Shown piece after piece: positions 32,985-44,519 of a DNA stretch of 64,000 bases (position 1 is the first letter of the stretch; every line of letters starts with the position of its first letter). The notes below the pieces were generated by a model. That model was not told the DNA's origin and did no database searches. It saw nothing but the letters and a program-made list of their open reading frames with translations. The translations under genes and the position numbers were made by a program. The stretch covers positions 1 through 64,000 of the forward strand of contig QPMI01000515.1 of the NCBI GenBank assembly GCA_004431415.1. Direction: 5' to 3'. The DNA is from Cyanophora paradoxa CCMP329 (taxonomy: Eukaryota; Plantae; Glaucophyta).

Positions 32985-33244
32985 ATATTTAATTGATTTA
33001 ATAGGAAAAGAACATGATTTAATCGAATTTATTGATATAATTCCGATTAGATTCATTTAGGATTCAATTAAGATTAATCGAAGTTATAGATATAATTCCG
33101 ATTAACTACAATTAAGATACAATATCGATTAATCGAGTTTATCGATATAACATCGATTAAATTAATTGAAAATGCATTTAAAAATATGAAAATTCATGTG
33201 AAAATTCAAATAAATTAATCGATTTTATTGATATAACATCGAAT
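32985..33244. repeat. Very AT-rich subterminal tract with recurring TTAATCGA/TCGATTAA/GATATAA motifs
   Basis: Repeated short palindromic words are directly visible. Confidence 0.6.
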
Positions 33245-33319
33245 CACACATATGAATATTCATATTTTAATCCTGAGGCGGAACGCCGAGGGATTAAAAT
33301 ATGAATATTCATATGTGTG
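33245..33319. repeat. Terminal hairpin of the PLV: perfect 29-bp inverted repeat around a 17-nt self-pairing loop
   Basis: CACACATATGAATATTCATATTTTAATCC (33245-33273) pairs with GGATTAAAATATGAATATTCATATGTGTG (33291-33319); host-like GC content starts immediately after. Confidence 0.92.
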
Positions 33320-33329
33320 TCGTAGAATC

Positions 33330-36300
33330 TGGAGGGTCGGACATTCGACGGTGCCCAGTCAGCCAAGACATGAAAGAGCATTGCGGCTGGCAGCGCACAT
33401 GATAGAGCTCGTGGGCGTGTAGCTGCCGGTGGCGGCATCGAACCGCAGCCCACCTGCAACGAACAGCTGCGCGCGGGGCTACTTCAGACCGATTTGATAG
33501 GCACGCCCGCATGCATCAAGCACCTTGCCACCAAACACGACCGAGACGGGGGACCGGCGCGCGCGGCTGCTGATCTGCTCCGCAGTGCCCACGTTCACAT
33601 CGTAGCATGTCGAGTTGTCCCCGCCTGAGTGTAAGCTCAGCGCGAAGCAGAATGCGTAAAACCAATTGCAATGCACTGACCCCACTCGTAGTATCTGCAG
33701 GACAAAGGAAGAAGAGGCAAGCGTTCGTGATCAGAAGGAGAAAAAGCCGCATGTAAATGGAGGGCGCACCGTGATCCCGCTGGGATGCGCGAGCCGTCGC
33801 TGGCTTCAAAGCCGTCGCCAGTATGGGCGACGAAGAACGCCGCGCGCCCGAAGCCGCGGAAAATCCAGCCCTTGTCGTTGAAAAGGCAGGATCCCGACAG
33901 CTCCAGAGGCGAGGATCGGGCCTCGCCAGAGCCCACGTCCACCGCGACGGAGAGCACGCTACCCTCCGCTGCACCCGCGTTTCAAAGGCAAAACGTTAAC
34001 GGCGTCGCAAACGGGTTGCAAGATCGATTCATGGCACCGTTCACGAGTACAGCCGGGGCGGAAAGCGCGATCCTGTGCCGGAGACCTCCGGCGTCGTATG
34101 CTTCCTGAGCAGTCGCGGTCAAAGTCCACAGGCCAATCGCGCGCGAGTCGACCAAGTCTGCCAAGCACTGTCAGCCGCACCGCCTGAAGCACAATGAAAG
34201 CAGGCTCCTGCTCCCTGTGCTCACCAACGATCCGCGCCGTTCCACTGGCTACGCCCGAGTTGGAGTAGTGCAGCATCGCTGTACAATTTACGATAACATT
34301 GAAGAAGGACATGTCTGGCAAACCAGACACAGTCACGTTGGTTGCCGACGCCGAGCCGGGCCGCGGCAGGTTTTCATCTAGAACTACGCTCGTCTCGGTC
34401 TGCCCATCGCTGGTGCACGAAAGCCGAAGGCCGGAGTAGGCCGGCGAGTCAGCGGCGCCGCCGGCCGACAGGGACCAGGAGACCTCGCTTGTCGTAATCG
34501 CGCCCGCCGATGCGTTCGAGACTCGAATCTCAAAGGAAAGCGGGCTCGTCACCGACCGCGCTGTTGAGAGCAAGAGTTAACGTACTGATTTCGAAACAGC
34601 TTTGCATCTGCAGCTGAAATGCGCACCGGCCAGAGACGACACTGTTTTTGTTGCGGTGGCCGTGCTTGCTGGCTCGTACGGGAGGGAGGCCGTGCAGGCA
34701 ATGGAGTACGCAAAAGGCTCCTCGGGGAACCCAGCTATCGTGAAGGCGGGAGCGGAGAAGCTACCCGGCGTGACGGGGCCGTACGTGGCTGACCGAGTGA
34801 CGCCGTTGCCGGTGCACGTCAGGGTGAGGTTGCCGTAGATGGGCGTGTCGATGGCGCCCTCGGAGGGCAGAGCCCAAGCGACGGCGGACGTCGCGACCGA
34901 GGTCGTCGACGTCGCCGCGACGGTAAACTGCAGCGCGTCCCCTTGCACCCACCGCGCGGGCGCTGCAGAGGCGCCAGTCAGCGCCCCTCGTCTCGTCCGT
35001 GCACGTGCACACTTGCAATTGAGGCAGGAAAAGGACCCCTACCCGCGGGAACAGTGCACGTCGTCGGCGACGCTTGCTCGATTAGCCTCGTCATGGCATC
35101 TTGGAAGCCCACTCCTTGGAAGACAAGCCGGGCGATGCAGCGGTACAGGCTGGCAGTTCGGTACGCGGGAACGACCCAGGACGTCGAGGTCAACTGCGAG
35201 TTCGGAACCAAGGGCTTCGCGGTAGATTCCCACAGGTACTGCGGCGCGTCGTCCGAAGTGGCGCAGAAGACCGATGTCGTGTTGTAGTACGGTAGGAGGC
35301 ACTCGAAAGACGACGCGTTCGACCAGGAGCTGGACACCGGGAGAAGGGTCGAGTTCATGGGCAGACCCGACACTCCAGGGCACAGCGTAGTCATTGCCGC
35401 CTGGACACAGTACTGGGCTGCGCAAGTAAAGTGTCGGTGCGCCGCAGGCGTCAGCGCTAGCGCCGGAGCAGCCGGCGCACCGGCGGTCGAGTTGGTGGCG
35501 TTGGACGCCCTTGCAGGGCCGCCGCTCGAGTACAGGAGAGTTGCAGAGCAGTTGACGCGGTAGGACGTGGTGCTCGGTCTGAAGCCGCTGACATTGAAGG
35601 ACTGGGCCGACCGGGACACGGGAGCTATGCCCGTGAGCGTGGCGGATCGAGTCTCGCCGTTCCATGTGCAGGCGACGGTGAGGCTCGGGTAGGACGGCGT
35701 GCTGAACAGGCCCGGCGTGAGGGTCCACGCCAGGCCGGAGACGAGGATGGACGAGATCGAGGAGGGGGACACAATCATGGAGAGGGCGTTGTTCAGCACG
35801 GTCTTGTCCGGCACTGTTTGGAGCTCTCATTATCGCAGCATTCAGCATGTAAAGCTGTTCAGTACTTACCGATGATATTCGCGGTGCCCGTTGCAGTGCT
35901 CGCGTACGAATAAGAGAGGGTCGCCGTGCAGTACGTGTGGTACGACGCGGTGTCCGCCAGGCCCGAAACAGTGACGGCGGCCTCGGACGTCGTGCCCGAC
36001 ACCGAAAGCGTGCGCGTCGTCGACTGCGTGAGGCCGTTGTTCGTGCAGGAAACGAGAAGAGTCTTCAAAGTGGGCGAGCTGGCCGCCCCGCTGGCCGAGA
36101 GCGTCCAGCTGATTGCCGAGGTCGTGACAGATGTCGCAGAGACAGCGGACACTGTAAAGGAGAGCGAAGAAGTGACGGTCTTTGCTGCGCGCAAGGTTCA
36201 GATACGCCATGGTTATGGTAGGACGAGAGGCGGTGGTGGGCACCAGGGGAAGACGATTGAGAGCCCGACGCGGTCAGAGAGTACCCATCGGCCTGCGTGA

Positions 36301-38330
36301 TGGTCGACGTGCACGAAATGGTGTACGCAGTCGCGAGCTCGGGGAACCCCGACAAGGGCCCGGCCGCGACCGACGTCGACTCGGCCGCGAGGGAGCGCGT
36401 GCTCGTCAGCGTCACGCTTGGCGAGCTGATCGACGTGCACGTCGTGGCGACGGCGTTCGAAGCGTACGCCGGCGTGCCCGGCCTGCCGTATATCAAGCTC
36501 CAGGAAACTCCAACATTGACCGACGTTGTCGAAATTGCCGAGACGGCCAGAGCGTTGGCCGTCCATAGCCTCCTGTCGTAGACTGGATTAGGTAAGCACA
36601 CCGGCCCGATAATATTAAGAATTGCCGTGTGCCAATGCAAGCGCGCACTTGGGGCCGTGTATGTGTGCGTGCCGGACGCTCCGCTCGTCCCTATCCCGTT
36701 TGTGGCCGTGACAGAGAAGCTGTAGGTCCAACCTAGGAAATTCAAAAACAAATCAGGATTCAAGTGCTGAAATCATCATGCATTGAAAATGCTGCAGCAA
36801 CGCGCGGACCGGGGCAAATGTAGCGGCCAAGCGACGTCGGGGTGCCCCACAAGTCCTCAGCGCCGGAGGTGAACCGGTTGAACGCGCAGGACGTGTACCC
36901 GTTGTTGTTGATGGAAGTGGTCAGAGTGTACTGCATTCCCATCGGGCAGAGTCTGAGTTCGAGAGGAACAGCAGCCAAAAACATTCGAGCGTTTGCACCT
37001 TCGTGATTGCGGAGCCCTGAGGGTCCGAGGAACCCCAATAGACGGTGGCATACATCCCATTGTTTGCGTCCATATTCGTGTTGACGTTGGACCAGGGGGT
37101 CCCTGGCGTGCTCGGGGGGAACATCATGGCGGGCGGGATCCAACTCCATGTTAGTAAATTAACTTGGAAGTCTATCCGGTCCAAATTGTAGCCGTTCGAA
37201 AGTCCGCTCTGCAGCGCACACACGTGGGTTGCGAGAAATCGGAGTGAGAACGACGCGAAATTGGCGCAAGCAAGGCGCAGTCGATGCGGCTTACGTAGTC
37301 TCCGGCCAAGGGGAAGTACATGAGGAGACCCGACGAGGCGGGGTCCACGGTAGTTGCCCAGCTTGCCGCGATCTCCGAAGCCGTGCGCGCGACTGACCAC
37401 ATTCTAAATTCTGATTACGTGCACGTGTAGGTGTGAGAGAGAAACGATTGCAAACGCAAATTTACGACACAGCGCACCGGAAAGATCAATTTCAGCTGAT
37501 GGGGGGTAAGAGTTCAACCAAGCACCGGTGCCGATTATAGTTCTCGCCCGTGATATAGTCGGAATGACGAAATCGCCCGTAATCGGGCCATCATCATTGC
37601 CGCATTCAAACGCCGTACTGGTGCCTTTGAATACTCCGTTGACGTAGTATGACAATTTCCCATCGGCGGCCAAAGAGAGCTGAGACATTTGTGCTCACTG
37701 CGGTTCAATACAAATATAATGTAATATACGCGCGCACCGCATAATGCCGCCAGCTACCTTGCTGCGCGTTCATCGAGGTGAGATGTATATATGGCGGTCT
37801 GCCCAAATGCATAGGCAAGAACGGCAGCGGCAGACCATCGCTGACGTAAAATGGACGTCGGTGCTGAATCCGTTCCGGGTGACCACCTTCGTTTCGCATA
37901 ACGCGTTCTTAGCTGGGTTATTCATGCCTCTCACCATCACAAGGTACGTTCCTTCGGGAAATGCGCTTTCGGTTCTCCAAAAAATCCCCCATCCATCATT
38001 CCATGTCCGCGTGTTGACAGGCGAGTCGTCTGGATAGTTGTGCTGTATCATCAGATAGGGCCATATACTCGCGATATAACCAAGGTCGTTGATGCGCAAC
38101 CTGATCAGGCTTCAGCCCAGGATGCGCGTCCGGGCGATCGCGAGCCCACACGGCCGCACCAGAATTCAATAGTCATAGGAGCACCTAAAGAGGTAGATTG
38201 ACTGAGCTGTAAGTAGCTGAATGAATTCGGTTCCTGGGTCCCGATTGAGAGCACTACGAGGTTGTTATAATTAGCAGGCGACTGGCGGAGAAAATGGACG
38301 AGGAGAAAAATAGGAATATGGAGGGGCAAG
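33330..38330 (-). CDS. Host multi-exon extracellular-type protein: LamG/ConA-like domain, FN3-like segment, Ser/Thr-rich Ig-like repeats (boundaries approximate)
   Basis: Exon peptides PMTIEFW, WRHYAV, LSYYVNG, WSVARTASEI, SGLLMYFPL, YSFSVTATNGIGTS; repeated W.L......P.Y..L...CT.NG.T units. Confidence 0.6.
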
Positions 38331-39723
38331 CGATCATCGGATCATCGGATGATGCTTCAGGAAGTCTTGAAGAGGACGTGGGAAGGGAGGAAGGGGGAGG
38401 GGAGGGAGGGGGAGGGGGTTCTCTCGGTCCCGGAAGAGGAACGCGAGAATATCTATAGCTAAATATAGGATGCAATTGATCGGGCGCAATGTGTGTAGAG
38501 ACCAGAACTCGAAGCTAGCTGCACGCGCCAAGTCAGGCGCGCAGGTGCACGTGCCTGTCGATCTCGGCGGCAGAGTCTGAGCGAGACCTGCGAGAGCCCG
38601 CCGAAGTCAGAATCGCGCGGCCGTTTAGAGTGCTGATCATGAGCGCTGAAGGCGAGGGAGCTTACCGACGTGCAAGAGCGCACAGAGGAGGGCGATTTTC
38701 AGTGACTCCAAACCCCGCAGCTGTTGAGGAGTGAGAAATAAAGCAATAAATTGCCGAAACCAATAAATTAAATGCTTGCCGCGCGAGCGCTTCGCCACCG
38801 CAGCCATCCGCGTGGCCATGTATTTACATATGGGCACCGTTGGCGGTCGCTCCAGCATGCTGTGCAATGCATATAGTGATGCATACGGCTAAGACGGCGC
38901 TCATGATCAGCTGCAACATGCGCCGCTGACTCCGGATCCAAGCTCATGCAATGCACATGCATCCTTCGGCTGCTCCTTGGAACCATAACCGTACGCGTAC
39001 CTGAATATATAGCGCACGTGTCGCACTCAGCGACTCGGCGACTGTACGTATGCATGTACTACGGTAGAATTTGAACCGTGAGCAACGCGCGCGCTATAGC
39101 TATCTACATTCAGTGTTGCTCTGTCGAATCATATCTGCAGTCGACGTCTGCTTGCGGCATCCATATGCATGGCATATGCATGATGTCGACATACTTGTAC
39201 GTGGTCGGCGTGTGGATGTGCAGATGCAACGTATACATGCTACAGGGCTGATCATGCTACGCCGCGCGCAGGCTATGATGTAGTAGTATGCGATGACTCT
39301 ACTAACTTTTAGCAAGTCTACAGCAGTGCCGCAGTGCATGCATGATGCATATACATGCCATGGTGGCGCCGGGCCGCGCGCTAGCTATAGCCTAGTACTA
39401 CTATATGTACTGTACTAGTACAGTATTACGGTAGTAGTACTACGCCGTACGGTACTACGGTAGTACCGTCACGCGTAGTACGGACGTGTCAGGCTCACTG
39501 AGTCAGCGGCTGTACGGTTACTACGGTAGGCGTCGGTAGCACACTGCTGCACACAGTGCCACACACTGGCATGTACTACGGTACTGTACAGTTCAACGGT
39601 TCCCGAGTCCGGAATCCGTATACGCGTACGTCCGGCCCCGGGGGGCGGGCATGCATATATATGCCATGATGCGCACCGCACTCTGACTGCGCGCGGCAGT
39701 CAGTGTCACTGTCACCCACTGAG

Positions 39724-40230
39724 TAGGGTTGCCGGGCTCAAGTTTGAGTGCACTAAAACTTGAGCGTTTTAGTCAAGTTTTAGTTTTAGTTTTAGTGGCC
39801 CACTCAAACTTGAGCTAAAACGGCGGCTGGAGGGGGGGGTTCCGGTGGCAGAACTGCCTCATTCTGGGTGCAGAACCGCCCCATTCCGGGTGTTAATCGT
39901 GCTTCCATCGGATATACAGCCCTTCTGCAATGAAAAGCTACCCGTTAAGCCTCTTTTCTGAGGCAAGGATGCCCTTGGAAGGCCTACCCCCCCTCCAGAC
40001 CGCACTTCTTTACCCGAGAATCGTGTGTCTAGAGCGATAACCCGGTGGGAAAACACTTCTGACTTGCTATTAAACACTTCTGAAATGCGTTTTGGCTGAA
40101 TTTTTGTCTTTTGCGGGGCGCTCTTGCATCATTTTGTATGGACTCAAGTTTTAGCCTAAAACGCTCAAGTTTGACCGCACTTTTAGTTTTAGTGGGGGAG
40201 GCTAAAACTTGAGCTAAAACGGCAACCCTA
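39724..40230. mobile_element. hAT-type MITE (507 bp)
   Basis: TIRs TAGGGTTGCCG / CGGCAACCCTA; 8-bp TSD CCACTGAG / CCTCTGAG (1 mismatch); subterminal CTCAAGTTT/AAACTTGAG repeats. Confidence 0.8.
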
Positions 40231-43200
40231 CCTCTGAGTGCGGGCCTGCCAGGCTGGCACAGTGGCACGGCCTGCCGCAGTGCCGGCGTGCCGCACCGTG
40301 GCACTGCGGCCCTCTGCGGGAGTCTGGCTCAGTCTGCGGCACTGCGGCAGTGCGGCACTACCGACGTCTACCGTAGTACCGTAGTACTAGTACTAGTCGC
40401 GACTCGCGACTCGCGACTGGTACATATACTCCGTCCGAGTACTACGTATACCGGACCAGTAGTACCGGTAGTACGGTACCGTAGTACCGTACCGGTATCA
40501 TCATGGCATAGTATACCCGCCTCAGGGCCTATTACCCGGTGAGTTGGTCACACCGACTCACACGTGGGCCGGTGACGTGGCCTGGTGTTCCGATTAATCG
40601 ACCGTCGGACCGTCCGCCGGGGGCACCGCCGGGCCGCGCAGCCGGCGGCCCTGCTTTCCAGTGGCCCAGTGGCACACGTAAACATGCTTTCCGAAAGTTC
40701 CAATTCATGCCTCCCAACTTTGAGTCCCAAGTTCGAATCGCCCTGCGATGAGAATCTCGCCATCGAATCCCGCCCGTTCCATAATGTCGATCGATCATGC
40801 CCTACGTATATATACGGTCCCCTACCTTGCCTGTAGTAGTGGCCCTGTACATGCCCCCGCACATGCACAGTGCTCCCCCACAGTGCTGGAGTAGGTCTAG
40901 ACTAGAGGCTGTGGCCGGTATTGGCCCGGTAATTCACCAAAAACAATTAAAAGCTTTAAGACCGTCCGCCGGCGCCGCGCCAACTTGCCAGGCTTGGCAA
41001 AGTCCGCTAGCCTAGCCGGCTTGCTGGCTACTAGGCTAGGCTCAGCAAGCCGGCTATAGCTAGGCCCATGCCCAGCTGCAGTATACGTAGGCTCGAGCCG
41101 CAAATTCGGCCCGCAATATTAATTGCAACTATATAGCTAGTACTAGTACGTATACTTGCAAGTTGCAACTTGCAAGCTAAGTTGCAAGCCTTGAACTAGC
41201 CTGAGGCTTGAAGCCTACTCCGAGCCCTAGTCCGCGATCCGAGGCTCCACAGAGTCGGACTCAACCGGTAGTAGGTCCGGTACCCGGTGACCTTTAAGTT
41301 AACCGTTGAACTTCGACGTCCGAATTTTTTTGAAGTTCCGAGTTCGCTGATGATGGGCTATATATTATGGTCCGCATTGCATGCAAATTTGCAATCGCAT
41401 TGTATTATATATAATTTATATATCGCAATCGAATTCCCTGAATCGGAATGACATTGCCAATCGGCGTTGCGTTCATGTTAATAAGATGAGAATTATGCAT
41501 ACCCCTAGATTTGTTGTAGGGGTATGTCGACTTCGGCGTGTCGGCAATGATCATGCATATGATCATGACTCATGAGTCTCATGACTCGACTCGCGATCGC
41601 CGCCGAGCCTCGGAGTCGCCGGGCGCCCGCCCCCATGCAGGCCCTGGGCCCTGGCCCCTGAGGACCGGACCTACAAGGCTAGCGCTACAGCCTACCGGTA
41701 GCCGCTATAGGCTAAATCATAGCATTAAATTAGCCTGAACTTTATTATACGAGGCTAACGTTGTGCATGTCATCCTCTGATCAAGGCCACATAATCAGGG
41801 GCCCGGGGCCTTCAGGGCCTACCGATAGCTGTACTTCTGAAAAAATCAAGGCATGATACGCTCAGCTGCAGTAACTCAATGATCATGCATGCGCAAATAA
41901 TTAATTGAAGCTTAAGGGGCCGGGCCGGGAGGTTTACAAGTACTATAATGACTCGCATGCGCAATATATTAATTGCCAAGTTGCAATGCGCCACTGGGCC
42001 AGGCAGATGTCAGACCATGTCAAGTTGTCAACACGTCAAGGCGAATATCTCAGAGTCTCTGGATCTACAGCTACATCCACATGATTATGACCCATGGCCA
42101 GTACTACTACTGTAGAACGGAATATATTTACTATACGGTAAATGTGTACGCGTAAAGTTTCTTGGAGATTTCCGCAAATAAGTGAGGGGGGGGGGGGGGG
42201 GAACCTACCCAATCGGCGCAGACTATCATATTGCTAAGGTTATGATTATATGCCCATCCCGCGACGCCTGCCGAAGCCGCCCCTTCGCGTCCAAAAGCGC
42301 AGAGCGCGGACGCCTGAGAAGTTCTGCGCGAGCGAGGGACGCACGTGGGATTCAGTGCACATTTAACTCTCTTCTTATATTGCCATTAGCACATTACTAA
42401 GTTAGGAAGATATATATAAATATAGGAACTCCATTGCTTCCCCTCTCACAATCTGGATTCAATGATTCCTTTTTATGTGCTTCGCTTAATTGTTTAAGCT
42501 TCTTTCACTGGCCATATGCATGGTTCACTGGTTTCAGTGAGTCGCCCACCTGCTTGAGGCCGCCGGCGAAGAGGTAGACGGTGAGGCCGCGCCCGCCGAG
42601 CCCGAGCGCCGCGGCCGCCAGCGACTGCAGGTCCGCCAGCGCGTCCAGTGGCTGCGGAGCGGAGCCGCTCGACTCGGCGACTAATCACCAAAACAGCACG
42701 GGGACTAGTCCAGGCGCGCACCGTCGACCTGGAGATGCGCTCCACGAAAACGTAGGCCTGCGGCGGGTCGATTTCAGAAAACATCTAGAAGAATTAAAAG
42801 AGCTTTATGAAAAGGTTCTGACGTCTCAGCCTGATTCCAGTCTAATTTAAGCCTGATTTAAATCAGGCTGAAACAGGCTCCGGCGACCCCCCTTCCACGT
42901 TATAGAAGCTTTCGGAGAGCTTTATGAGAAGGTCCTGGGCACGCACCGGGGAGGTGCGGAACTTGGCGACGAATCGGACGGTCTCGTCGGGGCACGACGA
43001 GACCTGCTGGTTCGCCGGGCAGATCCCCTGCGGGAGGCTGTTGCGGGGACCCAGCCTGGCAGGGCGAGACGGGGCGGGGTGGGTGGGTACGAAGTTGGAA
43101 GGGTCCCGCTCCGCCTGGCGCGTGTCTTCCGGCGCCAGAGAAAGGAAATAGCTAAAGAAAGCGGCGATCGGGGCTCGAAGTTAAGCGTGGCGGAATTTGT

Positions 43201-44099
43201 TGAATGAAAGCAGGGGCGATCGTGCCGCAGTCGCGCACCGCGGCCGGCCGTCATCTGGCGAGGAGAAGTGCATCGCCGTCTGTCGCAGTTCCGATTAGAA
43301 TGTGCATTGGAAATTCAATGTCGAACGTAAACGATCTAGATCTCGCAGAGTCGGGTCGCAATCGCGCGCACGATGTCGAGGGGGAGCTCGACGGGCGTCG
43401 CCCCGCGGAAGACCGAGCCTTCGGACGAGGGGAACACGGTCCCGTTCGCCGCCACGTGCTCCGGCAGCTGCGTGCGGGGAGCGGCCGGGGCGCGTGAGCG
43501 CGGCAGGACAAAGCTCAGGCGATTTAAAATTAGTAAGACCAGACACAGAAGCAGCTTGAGCTCATTATTAGAAGATATCGATCCCAAGCTTTAAGCTCAA
43601 GCCCGAGCTCAAGCGCTTCTCATGATCACGCGCGCGCACCGAGACGGAGTAGGCGACGGAGAAGGCGAAAGCCATGCGGTTCGACACGCCCAGCTGCACG
43701 GCGGCGTCGTCCGCCGAGGCGACCCTGGAGATGAACAAGGAGGAGAAGGAGAATCAATATTCTGAGCATGATGAAAGGGAAAGGGAGGCGAGCCGGGGGC
43801 GGCGGGGGGGGGGGGGGGGGGGCGCTGCAGGGGTCGGGTACCGGCACTCGGTGCAAGTCCACGTGACTCTGCGCCGCAAACGGGCGCGTTTTAATGACTT
43901 CAGTTCGGCCGGAATTTCAATGTGCGACGCACGTGCAGATGCGGGGCGCCTCGCGGCGGGCTGCTGTGCTCTGCACCCCCGAGAACCCAGTGACCTTGGC
44001 GCTCGCGTCCCCCCTGTCGCACGGGCCCCCGTAGCCCCTGCGCGACCAAATCAAAGGTCGACGTCGCTGACTCGTACAGGAACCATTGCAAGCGGCCGC

Positions 44100-44198
44100 G
44101 GACCGGTGCTAATTACATAAGGGACCGGTGCTAATTATGTAAGGAACCGGTGCTAATTATATGAGGAACCGTGCTTATTATATAAGGAACCGGTGCAA
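44100..44198. repeat. 22-bp minisatellite (GGAACCGGTGCTAATTATATAA-like), ~4.5 copies
   Basis: Head-to-tail copies with no spacers. Confidence 0.85.
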
Positions 44199-44519
44199 GC
44201 GGACCGGAAGGTGGCGGAGACGGAGAAGGTGCCCCGGATGGAGTTGGCCGAGGGGCTCGTGCCCGCGCTGAGGACCTGGACGACCTGCGCGGGCGGGCGT
44301 TACTCGCACTTCCAAGAACTTCTTTATTGGAACTATATAATGTGTTATAGTGCGTTATATAAGAGTGCACGAAGAGTAAGGCGCTTGTGCTCGAAGAGCA
44401 AGGCGCTTGCAATCGCAAGAATCGAATGAGTAGCGCTACGCACCATGTAGTTCGCCGCTTGGAACTGCACAAGGACGAACATAACTGGTCGCGCGGGCCG
44501 GGTTCGGACCCGGAGTCAG

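Larger units (their letters stand above)
10632..33319. mobile_element. Endogenous Polinton-like virus (PLV); left end truncated or interrupted
   Basis: Sharp drop in GC at both borders; compact intron-less ORFs; MCP, two pentons, A32 ATPase, primase-helicase and pPolB N-terminus; repeat-rich non-coding right end finishing in a hairpin. Confidence 0.92.

Noticed and set aside
10632-33319. rve integrase, adenain protease and a left TIR expected of a canonical Polinton/virophage
   Set aside because: No such motifs found in the visible part; they may be absent or displaced beyond the window.
44100-44198. 22-bp repeats as a possible CRISPR array
   Set aside because: Head-to-tail with no unique spacers, eukaryotic context, no cas genes.
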